Source: Anthoceros angustus
Lineage: Eukaryota > Plantae > Anthocerotophyta
Direction of reading: 5' to 3'
Assembly (NCBI GenBank): GCA_010909165.1
Contig: MU008176.1
Coordinates: forward strand, 488,856-552,855
Length of the DNA: 64,000 nt
The notes beneath the pieces were generated by a model. The model saw only the letters and a program-made list of their open reading frames with translations, made no database searches and had not been told where the DNA came from. Made by a program: the position numbers and the translations under genes. Within the stretch, counting starts at the first letter, position 1; each line of letters opens with the position of its first letter. Positions 25,368-36,046 of the stretch are shown in pieces.

Positions 25368-26525
25368 TCAGGGCCAGGCATGCACGAAAAACCCCTTCCA
25401 CCTCAGCTCCGCAAGAAGCAGCTTGGCCTCCTCCCTCTTCACAGGAGCAAACCTACGCCAGTGGAAGTCCCACATACTGGAATCATCATAGTGAATCTCC
25501 ACAAACAGCTCATCCACAATAGCCACCATCTCGGGATCCTGCATCCAGTGCCTCAAAATGGGCCACTCCGCCCCCTCTATATCCATCTTCACCACCACAG
25601 TATCCTCCGCCTTCAGCCCCAGCTCCTCCTTGATGAAGCGCGTGATATTCACAGCCCCCTCCCTCTCATCATCCTGATGCGACACAAACTTGTAGTAAAC
25701 ATGCAACCGATCCAGCATCCACCCGGGAAACCCCGCCCTCTGCTTCAACGCAATGGCCCCCGTGTTGGGGGCCGCGTAGTTGCTCCCCTCATCGAACCCC
25801 TCACTGGGCACCGTGAAGATGCTCCGATCCCTCTCGAAGGCGTGCATCTCCGTGAAATCGCAGGGGTAAATCTGCGCGAACCATTGCACGCTGCTGGTGA
25901 AGGAATTGGCCCCGAGATCCAGATACACCCGCCGGGCCCTGGCGTTGAGATCCACCCTGCTCCCGTACAGCCAGGGCAGGATGTGCGTCCTGTCCTCCAC
26001 GTCCCTGGCGTGGCGCAGCGCGTACCCCCGCCGGAAGTTGTGCTCCGCGTCGATCTTCTCGATGAGGTGGCCCCTGACCCGGCAGAAGGCCGGCTCCCCC
26101 ACCCACTTGAGCTGCCGCCATGGGTCCCCCCCGGATCGGTTCCAGGACGAGAGACTCACATCCAGGTGCCCCTCCAGCCGGGTGCACACATCGTTGGCCC
26201 CCGGGCCGACGCTGGCGTGCGCGGCCTCCTGGATGCTGCTGTTGGGTCGGGATCTGCGGGCATGGGCGTAGTAGAGATCCAGCGCCGCGTAGCTCCCGAG
26301 AATGGCCACCAGCAGGTAGAGCGTGAGGAGATGCACTCCCGAGTTGCGCCGCACCTGAGCCTCGCCCTGCAGCACGCCCCGGCTGCCCGGCCACCGCGCC
26401 GTCCTCATCCTGCGCGCCCGATTCTGAGACGCATTGCTGCCGCTGGCTGCGGAATCGGCTGCCAGGACCACATCCGATTCACCTGTCGCTGCACAGTGAA
26501 ACCGTGAATCGCCCAACATCCGCAT
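25368..26525 (-). CDS. Type II membrane-anchored FkbM-like (Methyltransf_21) SAM-dependent methyltransferase, paralog A; intronless. Alternative ATG at 26408.
   Basis: TM segment LLTLYLLVAILGSYAALDLYY; VYLDLGAN (motif I), MHAFE, VVVKMDIEGAEWPIL, DELFVEIHY; strong GC3 bias. Confidence 0.8.
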   Translation of the reverse strand: MRMLGDSRFHCAATGESDVVLAADSAASGSNASQNRARRMRTARWPGSRGVLQGEAQVRRNSGVHLLTLYLLVAILGSYAALDLYYAHARRSRPNSSIQEAAHASVGPGANDVCTRLEGHLDVSLSSWNRSGGDPWRQLKWVGEPAFCRVRGHLIEKIDAEHNFRRGYALRHARDVEDRTHILPWLYGSRVDLNARARRVYLDLGANSFTSSVQWFAQIYPCDFTEMHAFERDRSIFTVPSEGFDEGSNYAAPNTGAIALKQRAGFPGWMLDRLHVYYKFVSHQDDEREGAVNITRFIKEELGLKAEDTVVVKMDIEGAEWPILRHWMQDPEMVAIVDELFVEIHYDDSSMWDFHWRRFAPVKREEAKLLLAELRWKGFFVHAWP

Positions 26526-26836
26526 CAGATTCACCGCCCATCATCTCATCCTCCCGCCTATGCGGCCAGTGAGAACATGCTTTCCGAATTTCATGTTGAG
26601 CTTACAAGAGATATCGTGATCGTGGCAGAAGCTCATGTGCTTTTAACAACGTCAGGAATTTTCGAGCTTAGGTACTGGACTGCTTGTACCATGGAGTGCT
26701 TAAGTTAACATACATATTTTTTACATGTACTATACGAACCTTTCCAATTCTACTAGGTTAAGGGACCAGCCGCATATGTTGTAGAAACATTTCGGGTCAA
26801 ACAACGTCCGCCTCATGAGCCAATCTCATCTAAGTT

Positions 26837-27010
26837 CTTAACATGCTGTATGTCATATTTTTGTTTTACCCTTAACATGCTCGGATCTCTTCTACATCAT
26901 GTTTTTGTTTTGACCTTAACATGCTCGGATCTCTTCTACGTCATGTTTTTGTTTTGCCCTTAACATGCTCGGATCTCGTCTACGTCACATGTTTTTGTTT
27001 TGTCCTAACA
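26837..27010. repeat. 44-bp minisatellite (about 3.5 copies)
   Basis: cttaacatgctcggatctcttctac(a/g)tcatgtttttgttttg at 26871, 26915 and 26959, plus a partial copy at 26837. Confidence 0.9.
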
Positions 27011-27829
27011 CTCACATATGCATAGTACATGTTGTGATGGTTCTAGAGAAGCCTGAATTGGCTGTGAAATTGGTGCACCTGGATGTACGGTCTCAAAGTG
27101 CAGCATCACAAGGTTTTCACGGTTTAAGAAGGCTTGAGGCAACCTTTGAGTAGGCTTGAGACCATCACCATGGAGAGCGGTGGTAAGCCTCTTCGCAAGC
27201 TGCGAACATGACCACACATTTGTGCATCACGCAACTTTGAACCCTGGTCCTAAAAAGAATATATGTCTATTGAAGAAACATTCTTGTATCACTCGGTGAC
27301 CATAATGGTTCATAAGCTGAAAGCCCCCAGCCAATGTCGTAGGGGTCATGTTTAGGTGCGTTGTCCCTCCAAAAAAATAGGAGAAAGAGTTGTGTTTAGG
27401 TATGCTGTTTCGCCGCAAAACTTCTTAACACAGTCCTAAAAAGATGGGGAGATCAGATTGGTACGCCATACATCCATTCCTTCTAAGCAGCCCATCTAAG
27501 TAATGATCCAAGGCTTGGGGACTGAAGCGCAAATACTCAATAAGCATGTACGATCAGATGATTAATATACATGTTTGTTGTAAACGTAGGTCCATTAGAC
27601 CTAAGCTATTTGGGCAAAGAGCTATAATTCAAGCGCTACAATTTCCTTTTAACAAGTTATCACGTGACAACCAGCAATTGTAGGCTCTTGTGCGGAGACA
27701 AGTGTGCAGCCTGGAGGGTCCTGCTGTGTTTGTAATAAGTAAATGTTCCACAGGTGTATATGTTTTTGGGCTGTGGAAAGCTCCATATGCAACTTCTAGG
27801 GCTGCGTAATTTAGAGGATTATCATCATG

Positions 27830-28750
27830 GTCTTTGGGCTTGCCATGATCTTGATATTAGGAATCCGATGTCGATACACCTACATGGAGTACCATGACGA
27901 GCCTGTCCTCATGTTACATGGCTCTCACATGACAGTACCACGTTCTCTTGGCATGCTCACACCTCTGTTTCCGTCATGCAAGGGGCATGTATTTGAGCAC
28001 CTGGGTGCAGCAATGACGTCTCACAATTTTGATTCTGCAAGTACACCTGCGGGTTGGTCCTTGCTCGCCCCATCGATCATGCGGGGAGCGACATACTTAT
28101 GTACATTGGGAATCCAATTGGAGGCCATGCATGCCCATGGGTCCCCCTTATCCCCCCAGCACACTGTCCTGGACACAGCCTAGATGGCGGGGTCACCAAA
28201 CTCCCGTTGGAAACGAGGCAGGAATCCCACTACGTTCTTCACCATTCATCTCCAAGCCCAAGCCTTGTTATCCAAGAGTTGGACATGGCTGCAGAGGGCA
28301 CCCAAATGTCACAGAATCAGGTGCAACAATGCCTCCTTGTTCCATAGCCCTGCCTAGACCAGGGGGCTGCTTGGCTCATACCCTGCATTCTGGTTCCCAC
28401 AGTTTCCTATCGCGTTCATCCAATACTCGCGGAACATCCTCAAGGCTGCCACACTTTGAGTACATTTCTACCAGGCTGCTGCCACCTGAAACAACATCAA
28501 CCTTCGCCCTTCTTCTGCAAACAGAGCTCTGGCCAACACGTCAGCATGCACCTGCTGCCCAGTTTTCAGGTCTTCATTCCTTGCAGAAGCCTGACAAACA
28601 CACGACCGGCTGGCTCCATACTTGACCTGCGTACCTCATGATACACACGTATTCAGCGTGAAGGGTCTTGTCACAATTGTTGCTCGTGCTATTTGCATTC
28701 CTTTCGAAAGCTATGGGCAACGTTGCATAACCTGTCACATCCCCCTGTTA
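27830..28750 (-). pseudogene. Second degenerate PLS-class PPR gene
   Basis: Minus-strand fragments DLKTGQQVHADVL, GSSLVEMYSKCGSLEDV and MEQGGIVAPDSVTFGC with stops and frameshifts. Confidence 0.65.
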
Positions 28751-28905
28751 GGATGTCTGTTCACCATGGTGACGCTGGTGCCCTGTACTCGACTATTTCA
28801 CCGTATGTGCGGAAGACATACTGATGTAGAAAGTGACATTCAGATCCAGAAGAGAGCTGAAGAACGATAATCTCACCGGTCTGCACTATTGCTTGAGTCT
28901 TTAAC

Positions 28906-29081
28906 AGGCATGGGATCAAACAGCAAGAATACATCCAATCAACTGTTCAGTCGATCAACACGTTCCAAGGCATGGGATCAAACAGCCATAATATATCCAC
29001 TCGACTGTTCAGTCAATCAACACGTTCCAAGGCATGGGATCAAACAGCAAGAATCAACTGTTCAGTCAATCAACACGTTCC
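28906..29081. repeat. 62-bp tandem repeat (3 copies, third shortened)
   Basis: aggcatgggatcaaacagc..actgttcagtc(g/a)atcaacacgttcca at 28906, 28968 and 29030. Confidence 0.9.
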
Positions 29082-30644
29082 ACACTGACACTGCTTCCTC
29101 ATATGGCAAGGAGCCTCCTGAAGATCAGGACAAAATGCACAAAAACTTCACAGCACCACGGTTACAATCCTCACAGATGTTAAGCAAGGACACAACCAAA
29201 CTTCTGAAGCTAGGAACCAGGCTTTAACCCACCTGACCTGTAATAGCGCTATGGCAACTCGCTAAGGAGTTGATTTGGATTTGCTGAGCCAATTGTCAAC
29301 TAGCTAGTGGAAACCAGTTCCAGAAAGCAGCCCTCCCTGCACAGAAGCGGCTGGTCCAGAGTAGAAAATAATAAGAAGGACGACAGCAGTGCACACCAAG
29401 ATTTGAACGGATACCAAGTAGCACATCTGGTATAGAAAAGGTTGGACAAGAGGACATCTGTTGGTTCTGGTGCCTATTGAGTGACCCAGTGCAGTGGGTC
29501 ATGGATTGCTGTGTGTGAGCTGCAAAAGCCGCACCCCAACGAGTCATGAAGGCCACAATAGGGAATTCCTGCCATTTCCCAATCAAATCAAAAGGAGGTT
29601 GCGGCAAAACAGACACATGCAAAAGCAGAGAACAGTTTTGGAAACATCTGCTATGTCGGCAAAAACAAGGTTTGACTTTCTCTGTATACAACCAGTCAAA
29701 GTCTTGTAATCTCTAGCTCAGGTGCATCAACCTTTTGAACAAACAGACCTAACAAACCACGCGCCTCTCTTCTTGGCGCCATCTCCTTCAACACCTCGAT
29801 GCTGTTTTCCTCTCTACCTAGCTCAGTCTGTTACCCCAAGGAAGAAGGTGTCAAGAAAGTGGAGTTTTTGATAGCAACACGTATACTGGGAACTCGAGAC
29901 ACCGAAATACGACATAAAATCGGAGGCTGCAGAAAGAGGAGCAGTCTGTGCCACAGTCCGGTGAACCCAGAAACATTAGCTCGTACGGCAGAGATGCTAT
30001 CTGCAGACTGCCAGAGCATCACTAACTCCAGAAATGCGAGGAAGGCTATGACGGCGGTGCTGACCAGAAAACCAAAGATTCTCAGAAAGACAACAGACTC
30101 CAGTCAGGAAGTTAAATTTCCCAAATTGAAAAAGCTCACAGCGGCCCTATCGGCGGAGCGCTGAGTTAACGACAACGAGCAGGGTTGCTCGGACCAAAGT
30201 GGAGTGTCTACAGTAAACAGAGTGAAACCCTTGCACTTGTGAAACATGGGCGGGACGTGGGGACGTGAAGGGCATTTTGTGGACCACCATTACGAAAGCC
30301 GCACTTGCCGCTTTTGCATGCCCAGCGTGTGGGTGAAAATGACCTAGCAAACTCGTGACACTCGTAGGATACGATGAGGAAAAATCTTCACAGGACGCTG
30401 CAGCAAGCATTTTACACTGTCAAGCTTTCACTGGCCAGGATAAAAGGCAGAATGCAGGGACCTGCAGGCCAAAGAGTTGAGCACAAATCGTGCTGGAAGA
30501 GTCCGGAAGAAGGAAAATCCTAATTGAAAGTCTCCACTAGAAGTGCAATCTCGGCAACATGGAATCCAGCCGCTGCAGTGTATAACTGGTACACTGGCCT
30601 GCATCCCGAACCAATCTTGCAATGCGAGCTGTCCTGAACGCAGT

Positions 30645-31634
30645 TCAAGGCCAGAAATGAGCAAAAAATCCTCGCCACCTGAGCTGAGCAAGAAGCCGCT
30701 TGGCGTCGTCCCTGGTCCGGGGCTTGAAGATGCTCCACCCGAAGTGGCTCATGCTAGGGTGCTCGTAATGGATCTCCACAAACAGCTCATCCACAATCTC
30801 AGCCATCTCCGGATCCCCGATCCACCGCTCCAGAATGGGCCACTCCGCAGCCTCGATATCCATCTTCACCACCACCGTATCCTCCGCCTTCAACCGCAAC
30901 TCCTCCTTGATGAATCTCGTGATGTTCACCGACCCCGAGCCCTCGTCATCCGCATCCGCCACAAACTTATTGTAGAGCGTAATGCGGTCCAGCAGCCACT
31001 GCGGCAGCTCCGGCCGCCGCTTCACCCGCACCGAGTTCCAGATGGGCTGCGCGGCCCAGTTCTCCTCCTCCTCGAACCCCTGCTTGGGCATCCGGAACAG
31101 CGCCGTCTCCTTCTCGAAGGCGTGGATCTCCGTGAAGTCGCAGGGGTAGATCTGGGAGAACCAGAGCACGCTGGTGCGGAAGTAGTTCGCCCCCAGATCC
31201 AGGTACACCCGCCTCGGGCTCCGGTTCAAATCCACCCTGCTCCCGTAGAGCCAGGGCAGAATGTGCAGCCGGTCCTCCACATCCGCGCTGTGCATGAGCG
31301 CGAACCCCCGCCGGAAGTTGTTCTCGTCGTCGATCTTCTCGATGAGGTGGCCGCGCACCTTGCAGAAGGCGGGCTCTCCGACCCACTTCACCTGCCGCCA
31401 GGGATCGCCCCGGGAGCGGTCCCAACGCGACAGCCCCACGTCGTAGTGGCCCTCCAGGGTGGAGCACACACTGCCATCCGGATCCGCACCGCCACTCTCC
31501 ATCCCCGCCCGGACCAGGCTCTTGCCCTTCCCGCACCCCGGCGCTCCCAGCAGCACAATCCCTAAGCAGCTCAGCAGCACGGCGATGATGAGGTAGAGCA
31601 TGAGCAGGTGCTTGGACCTCGGCTTGGGCTCCAT
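30645..31634 (-). CDS. Type II membrane-anchored FkbM-like methyltransferase, paralog B; intronless, 329 aa
   Basis: TM LLMLYLIIAVLLSCLGIVLLG; VYLDLGAN, IHAFE, VVVKMDIEAAEWPIL, DELFVEIHY; colinear with the 25368-26525 paralog. Confidence 0.85.
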   Translation of the reverse strand: MEPKPRSKHLLMLYLIIAVLLSCLGIVLLGAPGCGKGKSLVRAGMESGGADPDGSVCSTLEGHYDVGLSRWDRSRGDPWRQVKWVGEPAFCKVRGHLIEKIDDENNFRRGFALMHSADVEDRLHILPWLYGSRVDLNRSPRRVYLDLGANYFRTSVLWFSQIYPCDFTEIHAFEKETALFRMPKQGFEEEENWAAQPIWNSVRVKRRPELPQWLLDRITLYNKFVADADDEGSGSVNITRFIKEELRLKAEDTVVVKMDIEAAEWPILERWIGDPEMAEIVDELFVEIHYEHPSMSHFGWSIFKPRTRDDAKRLLAQLRWRGFFAHFWP

Positions 31635-31951
31635 TTCCCCCCCACTCCCAGCTCTCCACCCACCGCCCGGCCGCTACTTCGGCATCCCGGCGGCCATGGC
31701 TTCCGATCTTCCGATTCAGATAGCGTCACCCACGAGTCTCCTCCTCCTGCCCTCGTCACGTTCAACTGCCGCCCTTTCTACCCTTCCTTCGCATGGAGAA
31801 CGTGCCTCTCGTTGGTGTCCTCAACCGCCCGCGCCTTCTGACAAACAACTCTCAACCCACCCAGCCAACGGAACCGGTCCCGGATACATATGTCACCCTC
31901 GGCCTCCTCCCCGCTAGCCTCATAGCCTTCAAAGCGACCCAGGAATCAAAG
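31635..31951. promoter_or_regulatory. Short divergent intergenic region (candidate bidirectional promoter)
   Basis: 317 bp between the ATGs of the methyltransferase (-) and beta-helix (+) genes. Confidence 0.4.
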
Positions 31952-33809
31952 ATGGACAAGCCTCTGCTCACGCTCTTCCTGCTCCTTCTTGCTTCCCACG
32001 CAGTTTCGGCTTACGCTGGAGGTTCGTACGACGCGTGCAATTCTTTGGGTCCTACTTCGGGATTGGACGGACTAAACTGCCATTTATCATGACAAAGGTT
32101 GTTGTTTTCTGGCTAACTAATGGGAAGTTCTGGTGATGGCAGATGGCCCATGTTCCCAAGATCCCGTAGTACTCAATGTCACCAAAGTCGAGGATTTGCA
32201 AGGACGGCTTAATTATTCGGCAAATCAAACTGTGAATTTGGTGTTGTTGAAAGATGTCCAAGTCAATGCTAGTATTGTTCTGGATAACTCTTTTTCTTGC
32301 ACTATCCTTACAAGCAGTGCCAACGCCATATATAGTATCAAAACTACTCGTGATTCTTTTCCTGCTATTTATATCCAGAAAACTAATAACATTCTGATAC
32401 AAAATGTGAACTTTCAAGTATGTCCATTTACATTTATATTTTTACATTATTTATATATTTATTATATGATTTTATTCTCTAATTTATCATACCGTTTTTG
32501 CAGTTTCAAAATCGAAATCCTTTTTCACCAACGCGGTGCAAATTGGTGTCGGGTACTGGACGCGTATGCCCGCTCATTTATGTAACCGACTCATGGGGAG
32601 TGCAAATTGTGCAAGCATCGAATATCACGGGTCGAATTGATATTTGGCGGTCTGCTAATGTAAGCATTGACAGTGTATCCATCAAAACGGTTAAGTCTGA
32701 TTATGCAGGCATATCGGTGCAAGCGGTGGGCTCGGGGCCCAATTTGACTCGTGGGGACGTATCCATCACCAATAATGTCATTATCGGTGGAGTTAGTGGA
32801 GTGATACTATCTAATGGCGCGGTTGGTTGTATGGTGGCTAATAATGCTTTTTATAATCAATATTTCGCGGCTATTCAATTGGGTTTTGGGGTGCATAATG
32901 TTGGTGATTGTATGTTGAATAATATTACCAACAACTATATCACCACCCGTGATGGATTCTTGTGTGATGGAGATGCAGCCGGTATATACCTTGACACACA
33001 TTGGGTAAACCCGGGAAATTATCTGTCATGCAATTATGTGATGAACTCCACACAATGCCTTTACTTGGATTACGCCTCTTCGGGCACGGTGGTAGACGGA
33101 ATGATATGCTACAATAGTAAAGTTGGTGTAAAGCTCAATACCGGGCATAACAATATTATATCTAGTTTTTTGAATATTAAAGTATTATATCCTGGTTGGA
33201 TTAGTTGCCAAAACTATGACATCAATAACTGTCTATCAGATCCAGGATCTTATTGGGATAAAATACGACTTCGATCTTATAACTCACCTGCTATTCAAAA
33301 GGTAAACACATATTACTTGTATCACCTTTAATTTTATCTTTTTATGACATAGACCTTACGGACATGTGTTGATATTGCAGAAATATCCATATTTGACCAA
33401 TTTTTGTAACCAAACAAATATTAATAATATCCTTTGTAATCCAAATGATGGACACACACCTCCTGCAAATGTCACTGGAGCTTGCAGTGGTATCCCTACA
33501 GGAAATAAGGTAGAAATAATTAATGTTGATGCTCGGAGATCTCATCAAACACCATTCTACAAAGATTGTGGACCGGTATTGAATCCTGTATCAAAACTAA
33601 ACTCCCTAATATTTAATGATCCATCCTTCAACCACTCAAACATCTCCTTCGGAGATTTTGAGAACTTAGATCTTTGCCCTAAGTCTAACTCTTCTATTTT
33701 CAAGAGGTTTCCATATTTTCGATCTTGTCCGAAAAGTGCAAATGGACCTCAACCTGTGGACTCTTCTAAGTACGCTTCCAAATTCAATATTGCTGCATCT
33801 ATAATCTGA
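31952..33809 (+). CDS. Secreted right-handed parallel beta-helix (pectin-lyase-like fold) protein; exons 31952-32021, 32143-32417, 32504-33301, 33381-33809
   Basis: Signal peptide MDKPLLTLFLLLLASHAVSA; in-phase GT-AG introns; repeated N/I/G-rich coils (ITNNVIIGG, VANNAFYN, NNITNNYI, AGIYLDTH, YLDYASSGTVVDG, GHNNII); many N-x-S/T sites. Confidence 0.8.
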
Positions 33810-34150
33810 GCTAAGAGACTTTTGACTCTGGTATGCAGAGTTCAAGTTCTTAAAATGCTACGTAAAGTAGTTTTTGTAAGCTTCATACTCTAATGTAGCC
33901 ACGAATGGTCTGCTGGGGACGTCTACGTGGAGGCTTTGTGAGGCAGCCATTCTGTAACCTGTTTAAAGATACGCTTATTCCCTGCAATTCGGAAGGGCCT
34001 CGTGAGAAGCGATAAAGCCTGTTGAATGCTAGTGCTTTCACTGCCACTCGCCTGCTGTCGTGCTATCTGTTTGGTCCTAGAGCAGGGAGGACGACGCCAG
34101 CTAAGTGCATTGTATCGAGAAGCATTGCCAAGGGGACGCTGCAGGGAGCC

Positions 34151-35114
34151 ATGGCTGCCTCTTCCTGCGCGCTCAGTTCCCTGACTCCCACCACCTGCTC
34201 GTCAGTGAAGTGGAGCAAGCCTGCCTCCGTTGCTACTGCTAAGGTGCAGCTGGCGGGAGCCTTTTCCAGCTCGGAGCTATTTGCCGGACAGCTCTCCGCC
34301 TCTGCCGTGCTGCCGATCAAACCGCGGGTGGTGTGCGTTCCAGCTACCGTCTGCAAGGTGAGCTTGCGTCCGTCCGCGTGTGGCAAGCTCGTTTCCTGAG
34401 CTGCAAGAAATGCTGGTGTGGAGTTTTGACCGGCCGTGAGCATCTGATGATATGTGTTGCAGATATCCAAGGGGGATACCATTCCTCCTGTAGGATTGAG
34501 AGATGAGAACGGGAAATTAGTGAATCTTTCCAAGTTCAAGGGGAAGCCTGTGGTTGTTTACTTCTATCCCAGGGATGACAGTCCCGGGTGCACGAAACAG
34601 GTATGCTGGCTCACGAGGCTTTCCGAAGTGCTGCATTTCTGGAACAATGCTGATGACGTATGAGGATTTGGCAGGCCTGTGCTTTCCGTGATTCGTACGA
34701 GAAGTTCAAGAAGGCCGGAGCTGAAGTAATCGGGATCAGTGATGACACGCCCGAGTCGCACAAGGCAAGGCTTCTTTGCTGGCACATTTCGTCTGTTGCA
34801 ACAGAATTCCCGTTGCACTTCTGCTCGCTAACAGATGATGCGAGTGAGATTCTAAGCTGGGAGAGCAACATTTGAGTGTGCCCCTCGCTGGTATGCAGGC
34901 ATTCAAGGCGAAGTACAGATTGCCATTTACTCTGCTTTCAGACGAGGGGAACAAGCTCAGGAAGGAATGGGGAGTTCCCAGTGATTTCTTTGGGGCGCTG
35001 CCAGGCCGGCAGACCTACGTGGCTGACAAGAATGGAGTAATTCAGCTGATATTCAACAACCAGTTTGAGCCAGAGAAGCACATCGTAGAAGCCCTGAATG
35101 TCCTGAAGGCCTGA
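34151..35114 (+). CDS. PRXQ: Plastid peroxiredoxin Q; exons 34151-34357, 34463-34600, 34675-34764, 34899-35114 (third intron GC-AG)
   Basis: Ser/Ala-rich transit peptide; [22 protein letters not shown] (CxxxxC); LPGRQTYV; HK|AF junction via a GCAAGG donor. Confidence 0.95.
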
Positions 35115-36046
35115 AGCCTAGCGTTGGAGCTTCCTATCATGCAGCAAGCGGCAGTTTTGTTCTCTTACTCGAATGCCATCACCAACATCAGATACGAGAT
35201 ACGAGGCACAGAAGCTCGATCTCTGACTGAAGCAGATTCGTATTCAAACCTCCTGCTCCTTCAGGCATTCGCCGACTAAATTCATCGTTGAAATGGAAGA
35301 CTGATCTTCCGCTGTAACTCGCAAGATGTTTGTGTACACTAAGTCGTTTGGAATAGAGAGGATGGACAAATCCCAGTGAAGCTGCATCCGCGTTCCCAGT
35401 TTCCATCCATCTCCAAGCCTTGGCACTTGACGAGGATAGTATCGGCGGGTACGTTAGGAGCGGGAGAAAAACTTTATGGCATTGCGAAGAATATATCAAT
35501 AACACCGCCGACAACGGAAAACAATTAGTTACAAGAAATGCGTCTGGTTTCTTCCAGGCTTGCAAGATGCCCTGAACGAATAGTGAATTGTACAAAAGGA
35601 TGTTGCCTTTACACTAACTCCGCCTGCCAGAAGACAGCTAGAATATAGAGGCTGCCAAATAGCCTACCCGTTCGACAGGCCTTGGTGCAACACAGCTACT
35701 CGGCAGCAGGAATGCCAGCCAGAGCACATCCGCCAGGTCTGTAAACCACTTTTCCCGCCTCACCCCGAGGCCCGGTTCCCAAGCTGCAAACCCAACCCCC
35801 CTCCCCCCGCCCTACGAGATCCAACAAGGAGAGATAAACAAGGGGGATGATAAAGGGAAAACCTCACACATTGACTCAGGTTTCGGATCCTTCACATGAA
35901 GTTAATCCGTTGATTCACCTGCTTGTGTTCATGGGTGGTTCTCTCCATCCCTCTTGCTTCAATACAGGGACCTTCTTCATCCTCCTCCTCTTACGCAACC
36001 TGCGGGACGGAGCCGTTGCTGTACCCCCAAAAAATCATAGTAGTCC

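Noticed and set aside
25380-26507. 375-aa plus-strand ORF (and 30543-31565, 340 aa)
   Set aside because: Antisense shadows of the GC3-rich methyltransferase genes; Pro/His/Leu-rich composition with no motifs
26837-29081. Short repeats as a CRISPR-like array
   Set aside because: Head-to-tail units with no unique spacers, eukaryotic context and no cas genes
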